Counted from the first letter of the stretch, positions 29,383 to 40,413 are shown. The stretch is DNA of 64,000 nucleotides from a virus (IMGVR_UViG_3300037067_009442:93721-157720), one strand, 5' to 3'. Notes: generated from the sequence alone by a model not told the origin. A program made the numbers and translations.

Positions 29383-30900
29383 ATGTCAATTCACCTACGC
29401 CTACTACTGATGTTTTTTGGTCTCCTACTCACCTCTTGTGACGGATGGCAGGGAACTGCGGTCTATGACGAGGAAGTCGATACGGATCAGACTGTAGAAG
29501 TTGGGGCAGCTTCGATCACGAGCCAGTACAACACGCAGTGCGGCGGGTGGCAAACAGGGAATGACGGATGTAAGCGAAAAATATACCAAGGGGCTGCTCG
29601 AGTGGGTCCTTGGATCACTTGCTCTACCAAGGAAAAGGGCTCATCTGTACTTGTGAAGCAAATGCGTACCTATGCAGGTACAGCCTCCAGTGAAAGGTTG
29701 ATCGATGAGTCCAATTTTGACAGTAGCAACAACGATAACCTCTGTTGGGCGGCTCTGTACAAGTTCTCCGAATGGACGGTTGGAACTCAAGTACCAAGGA
29801 AGGTAGATTGCAAGGGTGCCGCCTACGTGTTCACGTCTGATGATAGTGACTGGGCCTACCATGGTGGGTCACAGATAATAGATCCGCTTGGTCCCACGTG
29901 GCCAGTCCACCCACGAACCGACAAGAGTAATGATCGGTTTAGAGTTGAAGTAGACCTCATCATCAAGGGTCCAGTGTCTTGTATGGTGGGTGCCGATCTC
30001 TACGATGAGATTGATAACCCTATTAAGGACCCAACTGACCCTCAATCCGACCTTACGAAAAAACGTAACTTGGAGGTAGCGGAGAGCTCTTGGACTGGAA
30101 GTGAGTGCGGCCAAAACATCACATTGAGTTCGATGAACTCCATGGGTCTATGCCCAGTGACTCAGACTGGATCTAGTGCCCCAGTGGTGACGACTCCAGT
30201 GGTGACGACTCCAGTAGCTACATGCTCTCTCTCCTGGACTCAGCAGCCCTACAACGTGACGGTTGGATCTCAGTTCCCTGCTTGCTTCACTCCAACCTCA
30301 GGATGCGGAACGAACTTCCGCGTTGACCTCTACTTGAACTCAGGAGCTGTCATTCCTGTTGTTGCGGGTAGCACGGGCTTGTACCGAAGTGGATCCGCCT
30401 ATTGCTTTGACTACACTGCCTACAGCGATGCAATTGGAACGGACTACTTCCGAGTAGCCACAATGGATGGGGCTCCGAGCTCAGGCTCAGCCATCTCGAA
30501 TACCTTTACGGTCAGTTCCGTCCCGGTGGTTACGACTCCAGTGGTGACGAGTTCCAAGTGGGTCTATACCTGGACCCTACCAGCGGGATCTCAGACGGTG
30601 ACGCAAGTAGACCTTCACGGAAGTGGTGACTACCTGTACCCAGTCTGTACTAAGTATGGGTCGTTCGCCGGAGGAAGCACGATCACCTGCGAGTTGGATT
30701 CAAAGCAGAGCCTCTTCACGTGGTCTGGAACAAGCGGATCAACTGAAGTAGTGTGGAGCTCGGGATGGGAGACCAACCCCTCGGTAGATTGCCATTCCAA
30801 CGGGTCACTCACTGTCAGCTATGGTGGCACCACCTACTCAGTGGGAGTGATTCCATTTAGTGGATCCAGTCCAACCACATGCCGAAATACTATCCTCTGA
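29383..30900 (+). CDS. putative lipoprotein with Thr/Ser-rich beta-type domains
   Basis: Signal peptide with lipobox LLTSC; PVVTTPVVTT linkers twice. Confidence 0.75.
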   Translation: MSIHLRLLLMFFGLLLTSCDGWQGTAVYDEEVDTDQTVEVGAASITSQYNTQCGGWQTGNDGCKRKIYQGAARVGPWITCSTKEKGSSVLVKQMRTYAGTASSERLIDESNFDSSNNDNLCWAALYKFSEWTVGTQVPRKVDCKGAAYVFTSDDSDWAYHGGSQIIDPLGPTWPVHPRTDKSNDRFRVEVDLIIKGPVSCMVGADLYDEIDNPIKDPTDPQSDLTKKRNLEVAESSWTGSECGQNITLSSMNSMGLCPVTQTGSSAPVVTTPVVTTPVATCSLSWTQQPYNVTVGSQFPACFTPTSGCGTNFRVDLYLNSGAVIPVVAGSTGLYRSGSAYCFDYTAYSDAIGTDYFRVATMDGAPSSGSAISNTFTVSSVPVVTTPVVTSSKWVYTWTLPAGSQTVTQVDLHGSGDYLYPVCTKYGSFAGGSTITCELDSKQSLFTWSGTSGSTEVVWSSGWETNPSVDCHSNGSLTVSYGGTTYSVGVIPFSGSSPTTCRNTIL

Positions 30901-30913
30901 TAAGTCATTACCC

Positions 30914-30947
30914 GCTAACCTAAGGGGTTTACACCCCTTAGGTTAGC
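30914..30947. terminator. 15-bp perfect hairpin after lipoprotein gene
   Basis: GCTAACCTAAGGGGT-ttac-ACCCCTTAGGTTAGC; no U-tract. Confidence 0.6.
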
Positions 30948-30967
30948 TACCCGGTGTAGTATTACTT

Positions 30968-31279
30968 ATGTTTGCTACAATCGTTGTGAATTACCGAGCA
31001 GAGCCTCGACCTGATCGACCTAGGTTGTCCATCTTCATTGATGATCCTCTTCAGACAAGCATAGGGGATCTTCTGACTCCTTTCTTCGAAGGACAGGTAC
31101 TTGAGCAACCTCAGGACTGTTTGGAACCAGTTCGGGATCTCCTGAACACCTTCCCTGAGGACATCCTCGATGGTTGGTGCATTATGGTTTCTACCCTCGA
31201 GGGGACTCATACCTTAAAGAGGCAGGACTCAATCCCTACCTTCACTCCGCATATCCAACGTCAGGTAGAGGACGATTGA
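30968..31279 (+). CDS. hypothetical protein
   Basis: ATG 9 nt after CGGTGTA. Confidence 0.65.
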   Translation: MFATIVVNYRAEPRPDRPRLSIFIDDPLQTSIGDLLTPFFEGQVLEQPQDCLEPVRDLLNTFPEDILDGWCIMVSTLEGTHTLKRQDSIPTFTPHIQRQVEDD

Positions 31280-31283
31280 GGGT

Positions 31284-31517
31284 ATGGCTGAGCGGGAAGT
31301 ACGGGTAGGGGACCGCTGGGCACAGAAGGATGTCAAGGGGCGGTCCTATATAGTAATGAATCCCAACATTAATACTGAAGCGGGCCCTGATTCTTGGGTC
31401 ATGCAGAGTGACTCTGGTATCAAGTACATGCACCACAACTCTCGAATGAAGGGTGAGTGGTTCTATGTTCCGCCTCCTATGTACCCAACACGCTTTGAGC
31501 GGGAGCCGGTGATCTAA
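31284..31517 (+). CDS. small protein with TRFER tag
   Basis: Ends YPTRFEREPVI*. Confidence 0.75.
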   Translation: MAEREVRVGDRWAQKDVKGRSYIVMNPNINTEAGPDSWVMQSDSGIKYMHHNSRMKGEWFYVPPPMYPTRFEREPVI

Positions 31518-31519
31518 CT

Positions 31520-31909
31520 GTGGCCTTAGAAATTACCAGTACCTTTGCAGCTACCTACATCTTTGTAAGTGCAGAAGATAAGGTAACTAAGGAGGAGTAT
31601 GAGATCCACATCATCGAGTGGCCCTCCTATAAGGGTACAAAGTACCAAGTACTCGTAGACCCAGTCTCAGTTGATGGAGCGATATGGAAGTGCTGGCTGG
31701 GTAAGATCCCAACACCGAACCTTGACTCTGCTAAGAAGTTCTGGGAAGTGCATTACTCTACTACTCAAGGTATTCCAGATGAATTCAATCAAAGGAACTA
31801 CACCCCAAATGTAGTTATGGATGTAATAGCGGAGTATCGGCGAGTGGTTGGGATCACTAAGTCAGAGCAGGTTCCGCCGAGTCGCTTCGAGCGGGACCCG
31901 GTGATCTAG
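31520..31909 (+). CDS. hypothetical protein with TRFER tag
   Basis: Ends PSRFERDPVI*. Confidence 0.75.
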   Translation: MALEITSTFAATYIFVSAEDKVTKEEYEIHIIEWPSYKGTKYQVLVDPVSVDGAIWKCWLGKIPTPNLDSAKKFWEVHYSTTQGIPDEFNQRNYTPNVVMDVIAEYRRVVGITKSEQVPPSRFERDPVI

Positions 31910-31926
31910 TAATTGAGTATCAAGGC

Positions 31927-32079
31927 ATGATCTGGAGAGTTTGGGCAAAGGCCCTTGGACAGAAAGAGGGGAGGAGTGATCGGGAAGCGGATGCGATAGC
32001 AGCAATCCGAACGGTCATAGTCCTCACTGCCCTCATCACCAACCTGATTATAGTAGCGGGGGTGATTCGTCACTGGTAG
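31927..32079 (+). CDS. small phage membrane protein (not in ORF track)
   Basis: [39 protein letters not shown], a pattern I recognise from small myophage proteins. Confidence 0.7.
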   Translation: MIWRVWAKALGQKEGRSDREADAIAAIRTVIVLTALITNLIIVAGVIRHW

Positions 32080-32099
32080 TTCGGTGTACTTGTTTCACT

Positions 32100-33029
32100 A
32101 TGGTCAAGGTACTCGTGACAGGTGGAGCAGGGTTCATTGGATCTCATCTATGTGAGCATCTCATCTGGGGAGGACATGAGGTTCTCTGTGTCGACAACTA
32201 CCTGACAGGCTCCAAGGAGAACATTGAGCACCTTCAGCGTAACCCTCGATTTGAGGCTATGCGGCATGACGTGACACTCCCTCTCTATGTTGAGGTTGAT
32301 CGTATCTTCAACCTTGCCTGCCCCGCTTCCCCAATCCAGTATCAAGCTGATCCAGTAAAGACTACAAGGGTCAATGTACTAGGTGCCATTAACATGCTTG
32401 GTTTGGCTAAGCGAGTTCAAGCCAGAATCCTGCAGGCTTCTACCTCTGAAGTATACGGTGATCCCGAGGTTCATCCTCAAGTGGAGAGCTACTGGGGGAA
32501 TGTGAATCCGATAGGGGTGAGGAGTTGCTACGATGAAGGAAAGCGGTGTGCGGAGACACTGTTCTTTGACTACCTTCGTCAGTACCAACTGGACATCAAG
32601 GTAGTGAGGATCTTCAATACCTATGGACCGAGGATGCACCCTAAAGATGGTAGGGTAGTTTCGAACTTCATTGTGCAGGCGTTGAGGGGCGAGGACATTA
32701 CCATCTACGGGGATGGTCAACAGACAAGATCCTTTTGCTACGTCACTGACCTTGTAGAAGCCTTGTTGCGGATGATGGAGTCTGAGGATTTCACAGGGCC
32801 TGTCAATCTAGGGAACCCGGGGGAGTTTACAATCCTGGAGCTAGCCTCTCGAGTGATTACTATGGTAGGGTCTAAGTCGAAGGTGGTATTCATGCCACTC
32901 CCCGAGGATGACCCTCGGCAGCGGAAGCCCGACATCAGTCTAGCCAAGAGCAAGTTGAACTGGGAGCCCCAAGTGACCCTTGAAGATGGATTGAGGGAGA
33001 CTATAGCCTACTTCAGGGGAATTTTGTAA
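32100..33029 (+). CDS. uxs: UDP-glucuronate decarboxylase (UDP-xylose synthase), SDR family
   Basis: [56 protein letters not shown]. Confidence 0.92.
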   Translation: MVKVLVTGGAGFIGSHLCEHLIWGGHEVLCVDNYLTGSKENIEHLQRNPRFEAMRHDVTLPLYVEVDRIFNLACPASPIQYQADPVKTTRVNVLGAINMLGLAKRVQARILQASTSEVYGDPEVHPQVESYWGNVNPIGVRSCYDEGKRCAETLFFDYLRQYQLDIKVVRIFNTYGPRMHPKDGRVVSNFIVQALRGEDITIYGDGQQTRSFCYVTDLVEALLRMMESEDFTGPVNLGNPGEFTILELASRVITMVGSKSKVVFMPLPEDDPRQRKPDISLAKSKLNWEPQVTLEDGLRETIAYFRGIL

Positions 33030-33383
33030 GTGCCCCTGACCCTTCCTGATTGGATCCAAGTGACCGCCTTCGGCGGGACTTCACCGGTGCAAGGGGAAGG
33101 TACTGTCTGTGGCTGGGAGTGGTACTTCAGAGCTCGGTACAACTCCTGGAGCATCCAGGTTACGGATGGGTCTGTCCCAGTCCTAGAGGTCGAGGAGACG
33201 ACCGAGAAGACCTATCTCCACGATGAGCTCTACGAGGGGGTGGGTGAGTTTAGGGCGAGCTACATGCCCACTGAGGTTGCTCAGGGGTTCATTCTCCGAG
33301 AGCTTACTAGGTGCAGGGATGAAGTGATCTATGCACCTAGGCCTGAGTACCCTACTCGGTTTGAACGGATCCTGGAAGGGTAG
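33030..33383 (+). CDS. hypothetical protein with TRFER tag
   Basis: Ends YPTRFERILEG*. Confidence 0.75.
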   Translation: MPLTLPDWIQVTAFGGTSPVQGEGTVCGWEWYFRARYNSWSIQVTDGSVPVLEVEETTEKTYLHDELYEGVGEFRASYMPTEVAQGFILRELTRCRDEVIYAPRPEYPTRFERILEG

Positions 33384-33941
33384 CTACTTTGTTGGAGGTT
33401 GCGATTGTACGAATTGAAGCCAATCCCAGATGTTAGGGCCAAATACAGCAGACATGGCTGCTTCGTAGATGTAGTGAGGGATATCGGAGTCCTCTTGAGT
33501 ACCCTCGATGTGCTCCTTGAGGTACTCTTGACAGGCTTGAATGACCCTGGACCAATCTGGGTTCTCAAGTGGCTTGGGTACATCTCGTAGTCGGCAAACC
33601 TCTACCACTCGCTGGCAACCCTCCTTGTCAAACATTCCTATGTGACATTCATCGGGGTTTAGATTAAGGGCTTGGGCGAGCCAAGCGTAAGCATCTCTTC
33701 GGTACGTTCTCCCTTCCTTCCAGATGGGATCGAAGGCTGCATGGGCTGCCATCTTCGCCTTCCTGAGCTCCGCATCGGCGAGTATCCCCAGTGGATTCTC
33801 GGTTCCTGGGTGACAGCCTACGTAAGCATTGCAAGGATTGCAGAGCCAAAACTTCTTCTCAGCTAGGTCTGGTCGATGGGGGTAGATGGTGTCACCGCCG
33901 ACGAGTTCGGCTGGTTTCCCGCAGTAGTGGCAGGTAATCAT
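33384..33941 (-). CDS. DUF3268-like zinc-finger protein
   Basis: CHYCG..A...IYPHRPDL...C..C.AYVGCH...PLG.LA...LR....AH..FDPIW...AY.WLA...CHIGMFD. Confidence 0.85.
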   Translation of the reverse strand: MITCHYCGKPAELVGGDTIYPHRPDLAEKKFWLCNPCNAYVGCHPGTENPLGILADAELRKAKMAAHAAFDPIWKEGRTYRRDAYAWLAQALNLNPDECHIGMFDKEGCQRVVEVCRLRDVPKPLENPDWSRVIQACQEYLKEHIEGTQEDSDIPHYIYEAAMSAVFGPNIWDWLQFVQSQPPTK

Positions 33942-34367
33942 TGAATCTTCCTTAGGGTTTCCTGCATTGAGGTTCGCATCTTGGCGTTGAATTGGTCAAC
34001 CCTTCGGCGTTGACTTCCTTCGTACCACTTGAGTCCCAGGCAGCAGGCGGCCAGAAGCCCTACAATAGACCAGATTAGAGTAATGTCGTCCATGACTTTC
34101 GGCACTATAACATGACTCCGCAGTATTTAGTTGAGGTTCTACCTAGTAGGTCCTAAGGTAAAGCTATGACAGCAACTCAGAACCCCAAGAAGAAGAGGAA
34201 GTTACCCAAGTTGTGCAAGTGCGGGGCACCTGGAACTGAACCGCACCATTGCGCCTATCGGAATGAGATTGAAGGGGACCCCGATAAGCTATGCAACTGC
34301 TGCTCTGATTGCACTGCCCGGTGTGCTGAGGAAATTTGATCTAATTTACTAATAGGTATTTATAACT

Positions 34368-35732
34368 ATGTCCCTGGGTATTATTCAGAGAGTAACGGAG
34401 AGGTTCATTCAAGCTTCTGCGCCTATTGAGGTGAAGGAGGTTGTAATACCTGGACTGGGGATAAATATTGAGGTTACAGGTCCTTACGACAAAATGAAGG
34501 ATCTAATACCCTACCTGCGTGGGAAGCTTGAGTACCGATCCCGTGATAGGGCATGGTGGGTAGCAAAAGAGAAGATGACCCCACTGAAGGTCAAGAATCT
34601 TCAGAAGAAGGTCGATGCTATCAATGGAGTGTCAGGCCCAGAACCAACCAAGGTAGAGGAGTCAGAGGGGGCGATAGCGGCTCGGGTAGAAGAGGCTAAA
34701 AAGCTATTTGACCAGGCCACTCATATGCGTTACCCGGGGTTGTCTTTTGGAGTAATCCCGTCTAATGGGCTTCAGTTAAAGGGGGACCTCACTGACTTGA
34801 GGATAAGCATCAACAAAGCGGGTGGTGAGTACGGGCCTGAGTTCTCAGCGTTCTATCCCGGTAAGCTCAAGCCAGTTGGTTTCAAACAGCTTCTCGAGGA
34901 TGTTGAGAATCAGGGTAAGCTCATTGAAAAGGTGCTAGCAGGTCTAACCGGGATGCTTCCACGAAACTTCCCTTCCCTGAAGATCGATGTTGGCCTCAAC
35001 CCTGGTAGCTACCTGTTAATTGTGTCAGGTAAGACCTTTGACTTCAAGGATGGGATCAAGAGTCGGGTACCGGTGACTTTCAACGGTGTGAAGACTCATT
35101 GGTGGGCACCTCTCCACAAGATCAAAGTATCTCAGGTCAAAGAGCTAATGGAGTACCTCGAGGGGGAAGAGCAAGAAAGAGTTGAGAGGTGGAAGGCCGA
35201 AAGAGCCCCCACTAAGACTCAGGATCCTCGAGAAGAGAAGAAGAGAACTAACTCACGAGGTGACAACTGTCACGAGTGTGGTGGGTGGGTTAATCCAGGA
35301 GAGGGGATCCTCTTCAATTGGTATGATTCGGAGCCGGGTGATTTCGTTTGGAAAGTCAAGCATAAGGACTCGGAGGATTGTGCCAAGGTTCGAGCTGAGA
35401 AGAAGATCCGGAGTGAGTTAGCTCGTACTAAGAACGAGGCGAAAAGAAACCTCATGCTTATGTGTACGAAATCTGAGTACCATGTTGATGGCGAGGGTCA
35501 CCGCCCACCTGGAGATCAGATATACATTGATGAAACAGCTCTACTTTACGGAGGCGGAACTTGGGTTGTCATTGAACCCAATGGGGACTACTTCTGGTAT
35601 GTCAAGAACAACGGAGCTGATGGGGATGATTGGTCTCGCAATAACGTGCAGACTGGCGGAGCGGGTGCCATTGGTTACCGCTTACCAATGACGGAAGAAG
35701 CACGAGTCCTCATTGATGTAGCTAAGTCGTAG
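34368..35732 (+). CDS. large hypothetical protein with C-terminal Cys cluster
   Basis: 454 aa; N-terminus IIQRVTERF; NCHECGGWV. Confidence 0.75.
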   Translation: MSLGIIQRVTERFIQASAPIEVKEVVIPGLGINIEVTGPYDKMKDLIPYLRGKLEYRSRDRAWWVAKEKMTPLKVKNLQKKVDAINGVSGPEPTKVEESEGAIAARVEEAKKLFDQATHMRYPGLSFGVIPSNGLQLKGDLTDLRISINKAGGEYGPEFSAFYPGKLKPVGFKQLLEDVENQGKLIEKVLAGLTGMLPRNFPSLKIDVGLNPGSYLLIVSGKTFDFKDGIKSRVPVTFNGVKTHWWAPLHKIKVSQVKELMEYLEGEEQERVERWKAERAPTKTQDPREEKKRTNSRGDNCHECGGWVNPGEGILFNWYDSEPGDFVWKVKHKDSEDCAKVRAEKKIRSELARTKNEAKRNLMLMCTKSEYHVDGEGHRPPGDQIYIDETALLYGGGTWVVIEPNGDYFWYVKNNGADGDDWSRNNVQTGGAGAIGYRLPMTEEARVLIDVAKS

Positions 35733-35745
35733 GTCACTAAAAGCA

Positions 35746-35775
35746 GAAGGGCCCGGGGGTAAGCCCGAGCCCTTC
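35746..35775 (-). terminator. probable rho-independent terminator
   Basis: GC hairpin GAAGGGCCCGGG/CCCGAGCCCTTC with AAAA just left (U-tract on minus strand), between convergent genes. Confidence 0.55.
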
Positions 35776-35901
35776 CGTTCCATCGGCAACAAGTCAGTAG
35801 GGAACTGCATGAACCTTACTGAATCGAGGGGACTGGAGTCTGCCCCTTACCGCAAGCAATGAGTGAGAAAACGGCTATGCCAGAGTCTTGTGCTACACCG
35901 A

Positions 35902-36342
35902 TCAGATTACTTCCTCCCTCTCAAATCGAGTCGGATAGATAGGAGCTTCACCGAGATCTAGTTGGATGATCCCACGTCGTATGGCGTGGATCTCCCGAAC
36001 AATAGCTGCGAGGGAGCCTGATCCTGGCAGCAGATCCCTGTGCTGTCCAGTAGCCTTGATGATGTTTTTGTGCTGAATCCCAAAGTAGACCTTGATGCAT
36101 TTATTCTTCGAGTAAGGCAGTGTTCGTAGGGTGTACTCGAATCCCCAGTACTGTCGGGAGTTCTTACGCTTGGCAGTGATGAGGTAGTCCCCTGGGTTCA
36201 ACTCATAGGTCTGGAACATCGTCAAGTGAGTCCCAGGGATATCCTTCGGAATCTTGACTACCCCAGGTAAAGGTAAGCCCGTACTACTCGTGATGAGAAT
36301 AGCCCACTCATGTTGATCAGGTATGGGAGTGAAGACAACCAT
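35902..36342 (-). CDS. hypothetical protein with TRFER tag
   Basis: Ends YPTRFEREEVI*. Confidence 0.75.
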   Translation of the reverse strand: MVVFTPIPDQHEWAILITSSTGLPLPGVVKIPKDIPGTHLTMFQTYELNPGDYLITAKRKNSRQYWGFEYTLRTLPYSKNKCIKVYFGIQHKNIIKATGQHRDLLPGSGSLAAIVREIHAIRRGIIQLDLGEAPIYPTRFEREEVI

Positions 36343-36465
36343 TCTAGTTCGCGGCTACTACGGGATTCCGAGCATAGACAAGGAGTGAATCAGGACACTA
36401 GGCGATTTGCGAGCAATTAGCAAGTATTCTTGATCTACTGAAGATCTTGCTGTAATCTACCCCCA

Positions 36466-36939
36466 ATGCCGCGAAAGCATGAAACTGAGGAGGATATCAT
36501 TGATGCTCTGGTGGCCATCTACCGGGTGGTCTATCGCTTGGGCATGGCCATCGGTGGAAGGAAGGTCACCAACGAGAACTACGAGCAGGTCTACAAGGCC
36601 CTGGAGACCCTACAGAGCCTTCTTCAGGATGACGTTGGCCCTGAGTACGAGTTCCTTCTTCGGGCCACAGATCTAGCCCTGGAGCGAGTAGGGCATAAGA
36701 GACCCGTCAACTGGGTGCGGTGGGTCGAGACTATCCCCTGGGGTGATCGAGATGCTATTGGAGCCCGAAAGTTCGATGAGTTCTGTCACTCATTCGCCCC
36801 CACACCAAAGCGACCTACAGCTCTTAAAGAAGCAGAGATTCAACTAGACCCTGAAAGCTCTAAGCAGGTAGTTGATCTGCTTAATAACCCACCCAAAGCG
36901 ACGGATGCGTTACGGAATGCGTTACAGCGTAAGGAGTAG
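36466..36939 (+). CDS. hypothetical protein; C-terminus resembles DUF1778/TacA-type antitoxin tail
   Basis: IQLDPESSKQVVDLLNNPPKATDALRNAL. Confidence 0.5.
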   Translation: MPRKHETEEDIIDALVAIYRVVYRLGMAIGGRKVTNENYEQVYKALETLQSLLQDDVGPEYEFLLRATDLALERVGHKRPVNWVRWVETIPWGDRDAIGARKFDEFCHSFAPTPKRPTALKEAEIQLDPESSKQVVDLLNNPPKATDALRNALQRKE

Positions 36940-37032
36940 GACTACCGAATCAAAAAGAAGGTAGTCCCCGCCGGAACAACGCCTTGATTTGGAGGTACCA
37001 TGCTTATCCGGTTGACACCCAAAAGCCAGATG

Positions 37033-37362
37033 CTACAGCTCTCGAATTAGAATAAACCGCCCGTCATAGGCAGCATTCAGTTTTCTAGCCTTCGCTGCTG
37101 CTATGACCTTTTCTACTTGATCCCTTGTGTACCCCTCTGTATCTATTGTGACCTCTTCCTTTCCCCGTCGCACCCTATCTAGGATGTGATCCAACATAGT
37201 CTTATTTCCCTTAGGTAGCTCTACCTCTTTTGGAGCTACCCTACTAGCCAATGATGATAAATCATCAGCCAACTTTACTCGACTCGGGTTCCGTGACCCA
37301 GCATAAGTCAGCAACGACTTTAGTTCAGCTTGGAGTTCCTGAGTGTTAGCAATCTTGTTCAT
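37033..37362 (-). CDS. protein with KIA...PSR.KLA...RVA N-terminal module
   Basis: First ~45 aa align with 43193..43603. Confidence 0.7.
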   Translation of the reverse strand: MNKIANTQELQAELKSLLTYAGSRNPSRVKLADDLSSLASRVAPKEVELPKGNKTMLDHILDRVRRGKEEVTIDTEGYTRDQVEKVIAAAKARKLNAAYDGRFILIREL

Positions 37363-37589
37363 AGAGATCCTGGGTAGTTCACCTACAATAGGCTATAATA
37401 CAATTATCAAAGTTACACCGTCATAGTCAGCGGATGGTTCCAAGTTCCCTGATACAGGTCATCGTAGGTAGGCCCTCAACATCCGCCGCGAGTCCCAAGA
37501 GTGATCTGAAGGCATTGAATGAGTAGAATCGGCGGTTGAACCTGAAAGTGAACTCATCACTAGCAAGCATCCCGATAGCTACACCAGAT

Positions 37590-37910
37590 TCAAACAAGGC
37601 CCTGAAGGATGCGAGTGAATCTAGTGGTAACATCAGGGTCTGTCTTCCGATCTTGCCTTATCCCTCTTACACAGGCCCTGATCCTACTCCTTACCTCACC
37701 TGATACCCGAAGAGGCGTAGGGGTCGGGTTCTTCTTAGTGCTCCAAGTTCCAGCAAATACGTCCCTCGCACAGCGGAGTTCATCCTTCCCCTTGGTGGAT
37801 ACTCCCTCACTTTCACTGAGGGCTTTGATAGCCAATAGGAGGATCTCGAGGTCTTCTTCGGACAACATCCCGAGAATCAAGTACAAAAGAAGCTTCAGTT
37901 CTCGGTTCAT
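37590..37910 (-). CDS. hypothetical protein with TRFER-type tag
   Basis: Ends TTRFTRILQGLV*; ATG 11 nt after GGTGTA. Confidence 0.65.
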   Translation of the reverse strand: MNRELKLLLYLILGMLSEEDLEILLLAIKALSESEGVSTKGKDELRCARDVFAGTWSTKKNPTPTPLRVSGEVRSRIRACVRGIRQDRKTDPDVTTRFTRILQGLV

Positions 37911-38065
37911 GTGAGAGCTTATACACCAGTAGGGCTGGTTTTTACTACCTGATTCATAGATCTACTGACCTCGAGGCGATCCTCTTATCCTTTTATGGTA
38001 TCTGGTGTAGGCTAGCTGTGATCTGGACTTGGGATCAACCCAAGGTCCTCTCGGAGGTTTTCTCA

Positions 38066-38682
38066 TGAAGAAGCTTGGGTACATGTTTCTCAGTGTAATG
38101 CTTGCCTTAACCCTCACGGGTTGTGGCACAGCATGGTGGACGAATTTCAAGAACAATCCAGTGGTTCAGGTGGATTCGGTTATCCAGGGAACCCAGGTAG
38201 TCCTTGCGATGGCCGATGTGGTCTTCCAGCAAGTGAAGACGAATCTGCCTGTGGACAAGCAGGAAGTAGCCCAGCAGAAATACGACTCTGCGGTCATCAT
38301 CGTTACGAAGTCCCTAATATCGGTTCGTGATGCACTTCAGACAGCGGCGGATGCCAAACAGGACAATCCGGATCTGACGAAGGTACTGGCAGACTTGAAG
38401 TCGGCGGTGGCTGGTGTCCAAGCAGTCATTAACGAATTCCGAGCTTTGGTGAAGGTCCCGGTTGCTGTTGCCGTTACTACTGGCGGAGCCCCTGGAACGA
38501 GTGTGGTTACAGTAGGTGGGGCAGGTGGAGCAACAGTCACTGGGACTAATTCGACCCCAGTTGCTGGAGCAGGTGGAGGTGGAGCACCGGCAGTTGTTGC
38601 TGCTGCAACGGTTGCTGGAGACCCGATTGGCCTTGCTGATCTGAATACTCAGATCGAGAAGCTGAACGCTCAACTGAAGTAA
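38066..38682 (+). CDS. putative lipoprotein
   Basis: MKKLGYMFLSVMLALTLTGC lipobox; GGAGG SD upstream; Gly/Ala/Thr-rich tail. Confidence 0.75.
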
Positions 38683-39053
38683 CTACTGGGTTGAGTTGGA
38701 AAGGGGCGGTGAGGTTGAACCTTACTGCCCCTTCTCTATTGATATCCCTGGGGGTATCTGTTACTCAGTAGCGATGACAATTGATGCAATTGAAGTTGAG
38801 TCCCCAGGTAAAAAAGCTCGAGTGACAATGGTCCTCAACCCTGAGATTTGGACAGTTTACCAATCCTGTGTAGAAGTTGACCTGACCGGGAAAATGGTCA
38901 AAGTCCAAACCCCTCTTGGTGGGGGGGAAGGGATGAATCCGTTCGAAGTGAAGTTGGTGACCGAAGTCCTCCTAGAGAAGGAAGTCACAATAGGAGATCC
39001 TATTCAACTCGAGGGCTATGATGATGAAACTTACCGATGGAGGGCGTTCGGGA

Positions 39054-39761
39054 TCATCGTCTAGGAGGAGGGAAGCGGAAGTGGATCTCCGTGGCCCCAG
39101 TAGGTCGAGGGAAGACTTGACTGGGGACCCCTTCATTAGGTTGAAAGTTGATAACCAAATTGAGGTCTCCATTTTCAAAGGGCCCCTGCTCGATGTTAAC
39201 CCCAATCCCAAGTTCACGAAAGGAAGCTTCAATCTGAAGGTACAGAGGGTTTCGAGTAGGTTGGTTAATCGGGTGGCCATCTGCTCTAACGTAGGAGATG
39301 TCAAAGAACCTCAAGTTCTCTTCAGAGAGGATCATCTCTCGAGGTCGTAGGGGCTCGTTGAGGATCATACTTGCTGCCTCAACGAGAATCTCCCGACTCA
39401 ATGGTTGAGAGGTAATCGTTTCTGGGATTGAGAGGTCAACCTGTCTAGCAAGAGGCTCAGTGTGTGGTTCATAGTTCTCAATGACCCCAAGTTGCTGACG
39501 ATCTGGGGCAGACATAAACCCAGCTGACGAGCTCCTCGAGGCAGACATCCTAGATGATTGACTCTCTAGTCCTGATTCCTGCAACCACCGCTGCCTATCC
39601 TCTTCAGACAACTCATCAAGGGTGACGTACCTACCATTGATGAACTGGGCATCTCGAAGTTGACGAGCCTTCTCTTGCAGCCTCTCCCTCATAGTTGGCT
39701 CAGGGGCCGCTTCCCTTGGCGGGCGAAGTCCGTCCCAGAAGTCTTCGATATCGTCAGCCAT
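39054..39761 (-). CDS. hypothetical protein, acidic-W N-terminal family
   Basis: Starts MADDIEDFWD; ATG 10 nt after GGTGTA; C-terminal FRELGIGVNI domain. Confidence 0.75.
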   Translation of the reverse strand: MADDIEDFWDGLRPPREAAPEPTMRERLQEKARQLRDAQFINGRYVTLDELSEEDRQRWLQESGLESQSSRMSASRSSSAGFMSAPDRQQLGVIENYEPHTEPLARQVDLSIPETITSQPLSREILVEAASMILNEPLRPREMILSEENLRFFDISYVRADGHPINQPTRNPLYLQIEASFRELGIGVNIEQGPFENGDLNLVINFQPNEGVPSQVFPRPTGATEIHFRFPPPRR

Positions 39762-40413
39762 TAGGGTTCAGTACACCATAGAAATAGATCCATATTCCTT
39801 TAGTGTGCTAGGTAGGGGTATGAACCAGAACGCTTGGAAGGCCTCTTCCACCCTCCCTACTGCCCCAGTACTCAACTTGAACGGTACTTCGGGGCCGGCG
39901 TTGGTGGAAGAATACAAGAATGCCTACCGAGCTATCCGTGAGGCCTATGAGGCTGTCAACTCCGTGACTGTCCACGGTCGAGATTTCCAGACTGCTCCTC
40001 CCGGGACATATGAAAAAGCTCGAGCAGAAAAGGTTGAGTGGTTGACTCAACTCAAGAGTATTGAGCAAGCAATGACAGATCTTGCTACTGACGTGCAGAA
40101 GCAGATGAAGGGTATGAATCGCAATAGGCCCTAAAAAGCTTCTGCTCTCTGATTGCTTGTGATACACTGGCGACCTCATGCCAGAACCAACCCCGCTGAT
40201 TCGTAGTCTAGAGGCCCTCGACCGGAGGATCTCGACTATCTCCCGGATCATCTTCGACGCCTCGGACAATGCGAAGATCCTATGTGGCGAGAAGGTGGTG
40301 TACGGTGGGGTTATTATGAAGTTGGAGGCGATCGTTGATGAGCTCGATGAGGCGGCTCATGCCTTGGAGACCAACCTTCATATCCTTGCGGTAGCCGTTC
40401 CTGTCTCTGGGGA

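Noticed and set aside
33950-34360. tRNA or ncRNA in the intergenic gap
   Set aside because: No cloverleaf or T-loop consensus found by eye; may hold a small Cys-rich ORF near 34147-34339, too weak to call.
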